Shown here in pieces: positions 11,898 through 25,924 of a DNA stretch of 64,000 nucleotides (positions are counted from its first letter, which is position 1; every line of letters begins with the position of its first letter). The translations under genes and the position numbers were made by a program. The notes beneath the pieces are model-generated. The model ran no database searches, was not told where the DNA came from, and saw only the letters and a list, made by a program, of their open reading frames with translations. Origin of the DNA: Eledone cirrhosa (Eukaryota); assembly GCA_964016885.1 (NCBI GenBank), contig OZ024743.1, positions 228,966,001 to 229,030,000 of the forward strand, given 5' to 3'.

Positions 11898-12846
11898 GGT
11901 GACAAAATCAGCAGTGGTGGAGGGTGCTCTGAAAGTACAGTAGCTAGAGTCAGAACTGGATGGAAAAAGTTCAGAGAGCTTATACCACTATTAGCCGCTA
12001 AAGGATTCTCTCTAAAAATGAAAGGCAGGCTGTATGATACCTGCATACGAACAGCAATGTTACATGGTAGTGAGACCTGGGAATTGTGTGCAGAGGATAT
12101 ACGCAGACTGGAGAGAAACGAAGCTTGCATGCTCCGCTGGATGTGTAATAGTAATATACGTGAACGGCAAAGCATAAACGAACTAAGGAAAAAATTAGAA
12201 ATAAGAGGGATCAGATGTTGTTTACTCGATAGAAGACTACGTTGGTATGGTCACGTGATGCGCATGAAAGTCGATAGCTGTATAACAAAGTGCAGGGCAA
12301 TAAAAATAGACGGTAGCCACGGAGTAGGCAGACCCAGAAAAACCTGGGACGACTTGATAAATTCTGACCTCACACACTTACACCTCTCCAAGACAATGTC
12401 ACTGGACCGAGATCTTTGGCGCTACACAGTAATACAGAAGACCCACCTTACCTAAGTACAAAGTGAAACCTACTACAGTCAGTAGGCACCTCTAACAAAA
12501 TACACCCCCGTCCCACTACCCCCACCCCATCTACACCACCCCTTTCAATGTAAAGTTATGTTGGTACTACAACATCCAGCCCGAAACAAATGAGGTCGTG
12601 TAGGTGTCACGACAAAAAAACACACAGTCCACGCTGTAATGTGGCCGTGTAGGCAACACGGTAAAAACCTCCCAGTCCACACTGTAAACGTGGTTGGTGT
12701 TAGGAAGAGCATCCAGTCGTAGAAAACCCGCCAGACAGTCCTATGCGAGCAAGACAACCACTCTTGCCTCAAGTGGGAAAACTCCCGTCCAAACCCATGC
12801 AAGCGTGGAAGATGGACGTTAAACGATGATGATGATGATGATGATA
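11898..12846 (+). mobile_element. RTE LINE 3' fragment
   Basis: ORF 12018-12455 ([21 protein letters not shown]...WYGHVMRM...GRPRKTW), 3' UTR and (GAT)n tail; an inverted copy relative to 5371-6312. Confidence 0.93.
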
Positions 12847-12870
12847 TATATATATATATATATATATAAA

Positions 12871-12970
12871 ATCAAGGTTTAGCAAATAGAGAAAAAGTTT
12901 TAAAATAAATTTTTAAAAGTTTACTGTACTTACTATATTTACCCTTACCGCACGGTTTCAAGTCTCAAAA
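12871..12970 (-). mobile_element. PLE-type 3' end with the 3' half of an HHR
   Basis: Minus strand GAGACTT-GAAA-CCGTGCGG-TA^AGGG; same flank as 6986-7082 (ATCAAGGTTTAGCAAATA) and abuts (TA)n. Confidence 0.55.
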
Positions 12971-12983
12971 TAAATGGATATCC

Positions 12984-13796
12984 ATGCGGAACACCATTGA
13001 GAAATGCACACAATGCATATCCTGGGTACACAAGAGATGTAGCGGGATAGCAGGCAAACTAACCGGTAGGGAGAAATATGTATGCAGTAGATGTACAGGG
13101 AAATTAGACAGTAGAAGTCGCATTGATAGACACATTTTTCAAATGCAGGCAGGTGCTATAGAAGTGGTGGATAGCTTCTGGTACCTAGGAGATCAGATTA
13201 GCATGGGAGGGGACGGGGGTGTTCTGAGACCCTAGTATCTAGAATAAGGACGGGTTGGAAGAAGTTTAGGGAGCTGCTTCCTCTGCTGACGAAGAAGGGT
13301 TTCTCCCTGCGTATGAAAGGCCGGTTACATGATACCTGTGTGAGGAGCGCGATGCTGCATGGTAGTGAGACATGGGCAGCAACTGCAGAGGATATGCGAC
13401 GGCTGGAGAGAAATGAGGCAAGCATGCTCCGATGAATGTGCAGTGTCAATGTGCGTGAACGACCCAGCATGAATGTATTGAGAGAGAAGCTGTGTCTGAG
13501 AGGGATAGAATGTAGTGTGCGAGAGAGGAGACTGAGGTGGTATGGACATGCGATGCGCATGGAGGATGACCGATGGGTGAAGAAGTGCCAGGAAATGCCA
13601 GTTGAAGGAAGATGTGGTAGAGGTAGACCATGAAAAACATGGGCAGAGGTGGTGAGAACAGACCTCAGAATGCTGAAGCTCACGGTGGAGATGACGAAGG
13701 ACCGTGACAAGTGAAGAGATGCTGTGCTGAATAAGACCCATCCCACCCTTGCAAGCAGGGAAGAGCGGACATAAAATGATGATGATGATGATGATG

Positions 13797-13798
<2 letters not shown>
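12984..13798 (+). mobile_element. RTE LINE 3' fragment, second subfamily (short UTR)
   Basis: CTQCISWVHKRCSGI...CSRC, VVDSFWYLGD and [12 protein letters not shown]...GRGRP, with stops and a frameshift; ends in (GAT)n. Confidence 0.9.
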
Positions 13799-13835
<37 letters not shown>

Positions 13836-15016
13836 CACACATATATATATACACACACACATACATATGTATATACACACACACACAGCACAGTATTTGG
13901 AAACTATTAGCAGAAAGATTTCATTGCATTTTGTACCAATTATTTTTTTTGTTGTGTTTCATTTATCAATACAAGCAACCATATGAAACAGACAAAGAAC
14001 ACATCTTTTCAATCGATAATGCATACATAATAAGCCCACATGGCATGGTGTACATACATGTATCTATGCAAATACCTATACACAGGGCACACTGCTAAGT
14101 AATCCTTATATTACATACAAAATATCCATATCGCAACAGTAAGGATTCGTGAGCTTAAAACTTTCAAGATTAAAACAAAAAATTTGAAATGAAGCAAAAT
14201 AATCTATTTGTTTTGTTTTGTTTTGTTTTGAATAATTTTATTTCCTATTGTATTGTATTTTTATTTTTTATATATTTTTTTTTCAATTAATTTTTTTCCT
14301 AAATTTTTTTTTTGATTTATGCTTTATAGAATTTACAATCTTGTATTTTTTGTTACTCACTTTTTACTTTTTTATTTTCTGTTTGTTGCGGATTGGTTTG
14401 AGGAGCAGGAAACTTGGAAACATAAGCTGAGTTTGGAAACAATATTGGAGGAGGAGGAAGAAGAGGAGGAAATATAGTTATAGCTCTCTCCCAAAACTGT
14501 AAAAGTATATCAACTATATCAATTTTCCTTGTTGGTAAGTCTTCTTAGTTCCATAGACATATTGTGCACACGCAAACACACACACGTTCTCTCTTTGTCT
14601 CTTTGTTTCTCTCTTATACACTTGCACAAAACTTTCATATAGACTAATATATATGTGTATATACACACACATGTGTGCATATCTGTATGTATATCATGTA
14701 TATTATAAATATGTGCATACACACAAACACACACACATACCTGTATGCATACAACCTGCTGAAAGTTATACAACAGAAAGAAAATATTGTGACAGGGTGT
14801 AAAGGAGTGTGTTGATGGAGATGGAGAAGGGTTAATGGAAAGGGTAGAGAGTTGATAGAGACAGGGAGGGCTTCCTTTAGAGATAAGGGGCTGATGATGG
14901 AGGAAGGGGATTGAAAGAGGGAGATGAGGGGGGTCAAAGGAGTGAGGTTAATGTAGGGAAATGGGGCTGAAGGATGAGATTGATGAATGGAGGATGGTAT
15001 ATATTTATATATATTT

Positions 15017-15150
15017 GCTGAGGTTAGCTTTCCTTTTCATCCTTATGAGGTCTATAAAATAAAGTACCAGTAACACACTGGTACCGATTTCATTGACTTT
15101 CCACTTCCCTTCAAATTGCTGGCCTTGTGCCAAAAAGTAGAAACAATTAT
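15017..15150 (+). mobile_element. Meta-like SINE, headless
   Basis: GAGGTTAGCTTTCCTTTTCATCCTTATGAGGTC...GCTGGCCTTGTGCCAAAAAGTAGAAACAATTAT. Confidence 0.7.
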
Positions 15151-15661
15151 CATCACCATCTATAATGTTACCATTATCAACACCATCATTATTATCATCA
15201 CCATTATCATTATCACCATCACCATTGTTATCATTATCATAATTTCTATAATTCTTTTTCTTCTTACTATTATTATTATTAAAAAGAAAAAAATAATAAT
15301 TATTATAGTATTTTTATTATTATTATCATTATTATTATTATATTTGAAAAAGGAAGTCTTGTTTTAATGAAAAGTGGGAGAATAGATAAGAACCTACAGA
15401 ACCATATACTTTGCAAAATTTTAGAACATTATCAGTACTGAAATCTAAATAACAGTAATCTTAAAGAAAGAATATATATTTTTTGTGGGAGGGAGGTTTT
15501 TATTTATTTATTTATTTATTTATAGAAAAATATTTTGTTGTTTTCAACTTTTCTTCTTGCTCTTACTCATATCTTTCCTGAAGATTATCCTTACATATAT
15601 TCCAACTGTCTTTCAATTCAAATTAGAATCATACATGTGTGTATGTCTGTATGTGTGAGTG

Positions 15662-15695
<34 letters not shown>

Positions 15696-15796
15696 TATTT
15701 ATATATGGTATTTTACAATTATTCCAGGCATTCAATTCAAGTAATACACCATCATTGCATTGTATTGTTCTATCATTTTTCCCTGTTGAGTTTGCT

Positions 15797-15828
<32 letters not shown>

Positions 15829-15844
15829 GCCTTTTGATTTGTCA

Positions 15845-15960
15845 GAGTTGTTAGAGTATTGGATACTTGTATTTGTCTCTGTGTTCTGAGTTCAAACACT
15901 GTTGAGGTCCACATTGCCTTTCATACTTTTCAGGGTTGATAAAAAGTACCAATGCTGGTT
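15845..15960 (+). mobile_element. Degenerate Meta-like SINE
   Basis: GAGTTCAAACAC...GAGGTCCACATTGCCTTTCAT...GGTTGATAAAAAGTACC. Confidence 0.55.
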
Positions 15961-16171
15961 CAACCCTCTCTCCTGACAGGTGTTACATCATAGTAATTCC
16001 ACTGAGCAAAGGAAAGGTAGTTCAGAGGGATGACTGTGTCTGCTCACAACTGCATGGACACCTATTAGCCTTAGCAAAAGCATGGTACATACTAAGACAT
16101 ACTCGGTTGCAAATAATGTCTGTACTCTATATATATATGTAGATAGATCAGGATTTTACCAGTTTTTAACT

Positions 16172-16332
16172 AGTAAGACCATTATTTCGCAGAGTACTCG
16201 ATACTTGGGATAGTACAGTGTAAATATCTAAGAGAGTCGAGGCCCTACAGCTGAGCTCTTGTCATTTCGACAGAAAATCTAGAACTTGCTGTTGAAACTG
16301 CAAGAGCTCAGCCTTTGGGCCTCATCTTTCAT
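16172..16332. mobile_element. Degenerate GAGCTC-family element with terminal hairpin
   Basis: GACCATTA...GAGTACTCGATACTTGGGATAGTACAGTG matches 11449-11495, followed by the hairpin GAGGCCC..GCTGAGCTCTTG...CAAGAGCTCAGC..GGGCCTC. Confidence 0.6.
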
Positions 16333-16429
16333 ATATATACATATAATATATATATATATGTGTGTGTATGTATATATATATATATATATATACACACACA
16401 TATAATATAAATAATTTATAATATATATA

Positions 16430-17662
16430 TCATAATCTATAAAGCTCAGTGTATGGTCACATTTCTTTGTTATAGAAATCTACGATATAGAATTTCTTCA
16501 ATTGAAATTTACAATTCAGTATTCGAAATAGCTTCAATTGGGTCATGGCATATATATTTCTTTCAATTTCACCCACAATTACGCAAAAAATCGATAAAAC
16601 TCAATATTTTACGATTTGATTCTCTCATTTCAACTGGTTTCTCACTTTCCATTACCCTTCAAAATCTATACAACTTCATACTTTCTGCTATTTTCTCTTT
16701 CCAAGCTGAAACAACTATTCTTTTCATTTTAGATTGTTCATATTGATGGTGATACTGTCCGTTTTACTCCCTCACTTTACAGACTAAACAACAAAAACAT
16801 TAGCCACATGAACGTACAATTTCGTTTATTCTAAATGTGAGTCTTCAAACTGATTTATTTATTTGCAAACACATACAAACACACACTCACATCAAATGAA
16901 TAATTAAACTTTAAATCAATTTAACCACGTGCCGGATTTCTAACCACACATACACACTTCATTAACAAATAAAAATTCTAATTTGCGACAATTATTTTCT
17001 TTCAATCGTAAAATCAAACGACATAATTATTTTCATTTTCGGTTGTTAATCTTCATGGGGATATATTCATTATGTAGCCGGTAAAGCTATGTAGCAGGTA
17101 AAAGGCTATGTAGTCAGTACGATGTTATATAGCATGAAAAGTTTATATAACCGGTAAATGTTATGTCGCCGTTAGCATGTGTGTGTGTGTATTACCGTCA
17201 ATACACACGTGTGTGTATGCGTGTTTCAATGTAGTTTTCGTTAACAATGACGAGAGTACAATCGCACCAGAAACAATTCAATTTCTCATTCTTAACTGCC
17301 AGGGACGTTCACAGGTTCATTAAGTACTTTCAGTGAGGAATAAAAAAAATTAGGAATTGAACCCAAAACCACGACATAAACAGGCACCAACAAACGTTTT
17401 CTTTGTCCTGTCAAAAAGTGATTGATCCTATCCCTTTCACCTACGACCTCAGTTAGGTCAGGCGAAAGTCAAATAGACAGGGGATCACCTATGTAGGTAC
17501 AAACCCTGCTGCAGTATGTCTATTTTTCTAGCTGCAACCAGATTACATATACCGTAGTTAACAGAGACCATGACACACCAGGCCTGCAAACCAAACGAGA
17601 TGGAATATACATTATAATACATCAGTTCCTCAGCCCCGAGCAACGCCGGGCACTTCTGCTAG
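16430..17662 (+). mobile_element. Non-autonomous Helitron
   Basis: 3' hairpin GCCCCGAGCAACGCCGGGC (17633-17651) precedes CTAG|T (17659-17662). There is a plausible 5' TC at 16430 or 16436 and an internal ~18-bp tandem repeat at 17070-17175. The 5' boundary is less certain. Confidence 0.7.
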
Positions 17663-17769
17663 TTATATATACAAAATATAACATCCTCATTGTTTTTCTG
17701 TCCATTTTTCCACACTTTATATATAATGCCCAAACTTTATATTTATATCATCATCAACACAATATCCTC

Positions 17770-18075
17770 TCCTGCACACTGCATCTGATTCCTCTTATGC
17801 CTAATTTCTCTTTCAGTTTGTTTATGCTTCGCCATTCACATATTAAGCTTCTTGGTAGTTTTTAATGAGCTCATTCTTCAACATATTCAAAACTAGTTAA
17901 GATTAGAACTTGTTAAAATGTTTTCAACATTTTATTTAGTTTTTACTTGTTAACCATCAAATATATGCACACTCGCTCCCTCCATCTTTCTCGCCCTATT
18001 GCGCATCCATGCAAGCTTCATTTCTTTCCAATCTTCATATGTCCTCTTCGCACAATGTCCAGGCCTCACTACCAT
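17770..18075 (-). mobile_element. Degenerate RTE fragment split by a 150-bp insertion
   Basis: 17770-17843 and 17997-18075 align with 5990-6150 and are interrupted by 17844-17996. Confidence 0.65.
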
Positions 18076-18910
18076 CCACAGATATTGTCTGTAACCTTCA
18101 GCAGATTATCTTTCAGAAACTCCCAATGCTTTTCTATATTGAATGTTTCCATCCGTTCTTCCTTACTATCATAGGCCTCGAGCAAAATATCTCTACATTT
18201 GTTACTGGCTGAGGTATTGTTCAAATTCCATATCCAACCCCACCAGGGTGCCCTCTGCCTCCAAGTTTGTCTAGCTCTGACAAAAAAGTTACTAACTACT
18301 GTTATGTTGGGAGGTGCATTCCTTGCCAGGGAATGGTAAGTGATGAGTCTTGTCTGATGATCTTGTAAATGCACAGGTGAAACTCCACATCACTTGTCCA
18401 TAATAAAGAATATTTAAATTCTACTTCAGATCTGAATACTCAATCTCATATCCGTTAATACCACATGGATAGATTTACATACACAACTTTCATGCTGCAG
18501 GCAACATTTTCCTTGTTAAATATACACATGCACACATATATAATATACAACAGAACTGTAGCTCTATCCAACATCACTGATTGGTGACAACTGCTGGCAA
18601 AACAATATATCTGAAGAGATGACAGATAAAACTAAATGTTACTACAGTCTATTATATATTAAACACCAGAACTGTATTTATAAATAAAAATCAACCAAGA
18701 AAATATAAATGCAATAAAACTAGTAACATTAAATAAAACCCCCCAAAACAAAATTAATTGCTTGAAGATGTAGGATTAGCTATATGCATGTATGTATTTG
18801 GCTTAGAATTTCAAGTAAAATAGAAGTTGTTACGATAGTGCTTAGACATAATTGAAAGAACAACATGATGGCATACATACGAAAATAAATAAACAACCAA
18901 AGAAATCTCC

Positions 18911-18943
<33 letters not shown>

Positions 18944-19174
18944 TATATATATATTCATATATATATATTCATATATATATATATATATATATTAAATATA
19001 TATATATTCACTTTCTGCTTTCCTTCAAATGCTTTGTTATTTTATATAAATTTTATTTTATATTATATATAAAATAAAAAATAAAAATTGATGGAAGCAG
19101 AAAGTGAAGATTAATCATTCACATTCATCTAGGGTGACAGACATTTTCTACAAAGCCTACAGATTTCACCAATT

Positions 19175-19213
<39 letters not shown>

Positions 19214-19842
19214 CATATACATATACATATATATTATATACATATACATATACATATATATTATATACATATATATATATATATATATTATATACATATA
19301 TATATATATATATATTATATACATATATATATATATATATATTATATACATATATATATATATATATATTATATACATATATATATATATATATATTATA
19401 TACATATATATATATATATATATTATATACATATATATATATATATATATTATATACATATATATATATATATATATTATATACATATATATATATATAT
19501 ATTATATACATATATATATATATATATTATATACATATATATATATATATATTATATACATATATATATATATATATATTATATACATATATATATATAT
19601 ATATATTATATACATATATATATATATATATATTATATACATATATATATATATATATATTATATACATATATATATATATATATTATATACATATATAT
19701 ATATATATATTATATACATATATATATATATATATTATATACATATATATATATATATATTATATACATATATATATATATATATTATATACATATATAT
19801 ATATATATATTATATACATATATATATATATATATTATATAC

Positions 19843-20383
19843 ATCATCATCATCATCATCAACGTTTAACGTCCGTGTTCCACGCTTGCATGGGTTTGGA
19901 CGGGGGTAGTCCCACTTGAGGCAAGAGTGATTGTCTTGCTCGCATAGGACTGTCTGGCAGGTTTTCTACAGTTGGATGCCCTTCCTAACACCAACCACAT
20001 TTACAGTGTGGGTCTGGGAGGTTTTTACCGTGTTGCCTACACGGCCACATTACAGCGTGGACTGTGTGTTTTTTTGTCGTGACACCTACACGATCTCATT
20101 TGTTTCGGCCCGGATGGCGCGGCACCAACATAACTTTACATAGGACGGGGTGGTGTGGATGGGGTGGGGGTGGTGGTGGTGGGACGGGTTGTATTTTGTT
20201 AGAGATGCCTACTGGCAAGGCGGGTCTTCTCTGTTACTGAGTACCGCCAAAGGTCTCGGTCCAGTGACATTGTCTTGGAGAGGTGTAAGTGTGTGAGGTC
20301 GGAGTTTATCAGCTCGTCCCAGGTTTTTCTAGGTCTGCCTATTCCGTGGCTACCGTCTATCTTTATTGCCCTGCACTTTGTTA
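19843..20383 (-). mobile_element. RTE LINE 3' fragment
   Basis: ORF end KCRAIKIDGSHGIGRPRKTWDELI, 3' UTR and (CAT)n on the plus strand. Confidence 0.9.
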
Positions 20384-21023
20384 ACATATATATATATATA
20401 TATTATATACATATATATATATATATATTATATACATATATATATATATATATTATATACATATATATATATATATTATATACATATATATATATATATA
20501 TATTATATACATATATATATATATATATTATATACATATATATATATATATATATTATATACATATATATATATATATATATTATATACATATATATATA
20601 TATATTATATACATATATATATATATATATATTATATACATATATATATATATATATATTATATACATATATATATATATATTATATACATATATATATA
20701 TATATTATATACATATATATATATATATTATATACATATATATATATATATTATATACATATATATATATATATATTATATACATATATATATATATATA
20801 TATTATATACATATATATATATATATTATATACATATATATATATATTATATACATATATATATATATATATATATTATATACATATATATATATATATA
20901 TATTATATACATATATATATATATATATATTATATACATATATATATATATATATATTATATACATATATATATATATATATATATTATATACATATATA
21001 TATATATATATTATATACATATA

Positions 21024-21113
21024 TCATCATCATCATCATCAACGTTTAACGTCCGTGTTCCACGCTTGCATGGGTTTGGACGGGGGTAGTCCCACTTGAG
21101 GCAAGAGTGATTG
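21024..21113 (-). mobile_element. Duplicate of the RTE 3' terminus at 19843-19933
   Basis: Identical by eye: CATCATCAACGTTTAACGTCCGTGTTCCACG...GAGGCAAGAGTGATTGT. Confidence 0.85.
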
Positions 21114-21162
21114 TATTATATACATATATATATATATATTATATACATATATATATATATAT

Positions 21163-21198
<36 letters not shown>

Positions 21199-21650
21199 AC
21201 ATATATATATATATATATTATATACATATATATATATATATATTATATACATATATATATATATATATTATATACATATATATATATATATATTATATAC
21301 ATATATATATATATATTATATACATATATATATATTATATACATATATATATATATATTATATACATATATATATATATATTATATACATATATATATAT
21401 ATATTATATACATATATATATATATATTATATACATATATATATATATATTATATACATATATATATATATATTATATACATATATATATATATTATATA
21501 CATATATATATATATTATATACATATATATATATATTATATACATATATATATATATTATATACATATATATATATATTATATACATATATATATATATT
21601 ATATACATATATATATATTATATACATATATTATATACATATATATATAT

Positions 21651-21686
<36 letters not shown>

Positions 21687-21708
21687 ACATATATATATAT
21701 ATATATAT

Positions 21709-21744
<36 letters not shown>

Positions 21745-21801
21745 ACATATATATATATATATATTATATACATATATATATTATATACATATAATATATA
21801 T

Positions 21802-21837
<36 letters not shown>

Positions 21838-21887
21838 ACATATATATATATATATATTATATACATATAATATATATATATATATAT

Positions 21888-22263
21888 CATCATCATCATT
21901 TTACGTCCGCTTTTCCCTGCCTGCAAGGGTGGGATGAGAACTGATCCTGGCTTGATTTCTACAGCTGGATGCCCTTCCTAACACCAACCTCGTTTACAGT
22001 GAGTGGTGGGCGCTTTTTTTCCGTGGCGCCTACATGTCCACTTTACAGTGTGGGCTGGGTGCTTTTTAGCCGTGGCACCTCCACGACCACTTTGCAGTGG
22101 AATAATAGGAATCCCAGTCCTATCATCTCATTTCTACAGCTGAGTAAACTGGAGCAATATGAAATAAAGTGTCTTGCTCAAAGAAACAACACATCATTCG
22201 GTCTGAGAATTGAACTCAAAACCTTTCGATTGCAAGTCCAATGCTCTAACCACTAAGCCATGT
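21888..22263 (-). mobile_element. CORE-like SINE with RTE-derived 3' tail
   Basis: Box A TGGCTTAGTGG and box B GAGTTCAATTC on the minus strand, a CORE-like middle, and an RTE-like tail with (ATG)n. Confidence 0.82.
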
Positions 22264-22391
22264 GTATAGTACATAGAATAATGTCAGGGAAGTGAATAGT
22301 GTATGAGTCATGATATAGATGTGTGTATGTGTATGGAGGGGGAATATTAGGTGTAGCGTTGGCGAATCTCAGATAGGGTGTCTTAAAAAAA

Positions 22392-22570
22392 ACAGGTGGA
22401 CCATAACCCACCAGAATACTCGATATTTGGGGTAGTAGAGTGGGTAATATGAAAAGATTCAGGAATCTGATGGCTGAGCTCCGGCTGTTTCCACAGCTAG
22501 ATCTGAACGCGTTCGGATCTAGCTCTCGAAACGGCCGAGCTCAGCCATCGAGATCCTGAATCTTTTCATA
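22392..22570. mobile_element. GAGCTC-family element with terminal hairpin and HHR 3' half
   Basis: CAGGTGGACCATAAC...GGTAGTAGAGTGGGTAAT as at 11443-11498. The hairpin is centred on GAACGCGTTC (22505-22514), and GAAA-CGGC-CGAGCTCA-GCCA-TC starts at 22528. Confidence 0.75.
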
Positions 22571-22752
22571 TATATACAGAATATCTATAGATAAAAGGTC
22601 AAGGAAAACAGTGCTCAATCTATTACAAGAGAGCTTATTTAGTATAACTAAAGTTTCAAACACCTACATGTATGCATGACCATTGGTTTCAAGCTCCAGA
22701 TATGGCCACCACTATACAGAGTATACAAATGAAGTATATGAAACTTTATCTA

Positions 22753-22806
<54 letters not shown>

Positions 22807-25336
22807 CCATACTCATGGGAAAATGAAATCGAGATGTTTTTATTTTGATTTTATATGCCTGATTTTGTATTTACTGCTCCCCTAGTTGGTTGAACCGCTC
22901 TACTTGAAGGATTTACTGAGCCTTTTAGCTCCTTCCCTATGAACATCATTTTTATATATTTGATGCAAAAACGCACATGGTGTCTTTTTTATTTGCTTCA
23001 TTTAACAACACATATGTGTTCATCTTCAATTGAACTCCCAATGGATAGCTTATATTTTGTAGTAATAAAAAGACTTTTATTTGGTAATTATCTTGTCTAT
23101 TTTAACTCTTGTAATTCATATATTTTTTTCTTTATGGTTTGAAACAGTTGTACAGATATAATTAGTAATATAAATAATAATTTTATGTTCTAGTTATTTT
23201 CTCTAGTCATATGCATAATTATTGTTGTTTCTGTAATATTATCGCATATATACATCAACATCGTTTAACATCCATTTTCTATGCTAGCATGGGTTAGACA
23301 GGTTGTCCCATTTGAGGCAAGTTGGGTCACGTGACTATGTCTTACTCATGTATAACTATTTCTGGCTAGGTTCTATGGGTGGATGCCCTTAATGCCAACC
23401 ACATTTGTATGTGCTGGGTGCTTTTACAGGCAAAAATAGCACAAGCTGATAAATATATGACACAGAAACACAAGGAAACCACATTGAAATCAATGCTTGT
23501 CTCATCAGCTGCCTAATGTAGGTTATGCAATAATCTAGTTTTTGATGCATAGTGTAAGGTTGTTACCATGATACAAAACTGGGAGACACAAATATTCAAA
23601 TAAAGAAAGACAAAATCAAAAATCTGTTTATAATTATTTTCAAATTTATTGATATTTTATACTATTTTTATTAGGATTTTCTTTTGATAGTATCTATTTT
23701 CAGTCTTTTGCTTTAAATCCATTTATTTAACCTCTTTGATACTAACCCAGCCTTTGATCTATGAAACAATATTAAAAGATTAAAATCTTCCATCAGACCA
23801 TTTGTCAATTGACTATCTTTGTAATGATATAATGAATAAATTTAGTAAATCCTTAAAAACTCCTTATTAATAAATTGAAATAGAGTGTATTTCATTAAAA
23901 ATACTGTTATGACAGGATTAACAGGTGAACATCAGATTATGTTTCATACTTAAAAATATGTATAGGTTGGCATTATGAAGGGTATCAGGCCATAGGACAC
24001 TGCATCAAAAGAGCCTCATCCAATCCATGCCAGCATAGAAAAGCAAATGTAAAAACACACACACAGACAAAGAGAGAGAGAGAGAGCCACTTTTCACTTA
24101 ACAAACAAGTTCTGTTTCATGAACATGATCATTACTCAAATTGGTTGGTAAACAAATTCCTCACTGAAATATATCTGCCTTACAGATAACCTAGTTGCAA
24201 AAAATGTTTTCAGAGATTGTTTTAATGTCCCACGATGGGTGATAGAGTCCATTAGAGTATGAAATGTTATCAAGTATCAGTTTTATATTAAATGAATTAT
24301 CTAAATAAAGAAATTTGTAAAGGTCTAATGGAAACACTATCTTACTAACTGTAAATTTGTATCATACTAACTGTAAATTTGTTTTATTTTGAAAACATAA
24401 AAAATTTTGAAACATAAAAAGTATTTATTGGATAAGAACAGATAACGATATATAATAAAATAAAAATTGAAATTTGAAAGTGCATAACATAAATATGTGT
24501 ACACAAAAAATTATGGTTTTAAGTGGTCATTAAGTGATGAGTGGGTGTATTTATCTATGTGTATGCATACACATACACACACACACACACACAGAGATAT
24601 ATTTGAGAAAAAAAAAGAGAATGACTTCATTATTGGCTGATAAAACATTGGATTATTAAAGCATACCAGCTTGCAGTGAAGTCATACTACTTTTTTGACT
24701 AATATATCTTACTGTTCTAAGAATTTTCCTTTTATAAAACAGAGACAGATGCCATTTTTATCATATATATAAAGATAAAAGTGACACAAATAGAATGAGG
24801 GTAATAAACTGGATAAATAAAAGGTGAATAAAGAAGATATATGGTGCTTGACAACAAATATGCATAAAAATTTTAAAAATATGTACAATGAAAATATTTA
24901 TTTTGAATGAAAAGAAAAGGATATTATGTTTAGGGGTAAACCCTTTATTGATGTTGAATGGAAAGGAATAAAAATGAAATAAAAAAGTGTTAGAATGATA
25001 CCAAGTTGAAGTACAAATGGGTCTTGAGTGTGTGTGTGTGTATATATATATAGAGAGAGAGAGGGGCGAGAGAGATGAAGGGAGCGAGTGTGCATATATT
25101 TGATGGTGAACAAGTAAAAACTAAATAAAATGTTGAAAACATTTTAACAAGTTCTAATCTTAACTAGTTTTGAATATGTTGAAGAATGAGCTCATTGAAA
25201 ACTACCAAGAAGCTTAAACCATCACAGATGTATAAAGTTAAGATTGAAATAAAACTGTTGCACATCCTGAGATAATTTTCATCTCCATTTTGGCAATCAA
25301 ATAAATTTCATCTCAAGAAAATTTATGACACAATAC

Positions 25337-25473
<137 letters not shown>

Positions 25474-25924
25474 TGTATATGTTTGTGTATAAAAAAAAAA
25501 TATATACGTATATATAACCAACTTTTAATACATCTCTTGGGATCCAAATTCAGATTTAGTGCTTTTGTAGCAGTCATAGTATTTTAATTATTTAATTATT
25601 TACTTTAAATACATCTATTTTTTTAAATATAATTCTTTTATTTTCCTTGCTTTCTATTTCTTTTATTTTATTATTTTTGCTCTTGTGTATAAGAAATGGA
25701 GATGCTGAATCTTTTAATTTATATCTGTGATATACAATGAACATATGTGTGCTGGAGATTGAAAATGACACAATTTCCTAAACAGTTTATAAAAAATATG
25801 TAAAAGCAAATTTGCATGTGATCCAGAAGTTACTATATATTTATGGTGAAATATCAAGTTATATTGATTAATAATAGTAAAAAGATAGCAATTTGGAAGA
25901 AATGAAATTTAAGTGCAGATATGA

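Larger units (their letters stand above)
19177..21887. repeat. TA-derived minisatellite array, unit TTATATACA(TA)n of about 20-26 bp
   Basis: Seen directly; interrupted by RTE pieces at 19843-20383 and 21024-21113. Confidence 0.9.

Noticed and set aside
19177-21887. Regularly spaced repeats suggestive of a CRISPR array
   Set aside because: The context is eukaryotic, there are no unique spacers or cas genes, and the unit is a TA minisatellite.
22670-22700. Minus-strand GAAA-CCAATGG-TC, a possible HHR 3' half
   Set aside because: I found no core, stem II partner or second copy in the window, so it is too weak to call.
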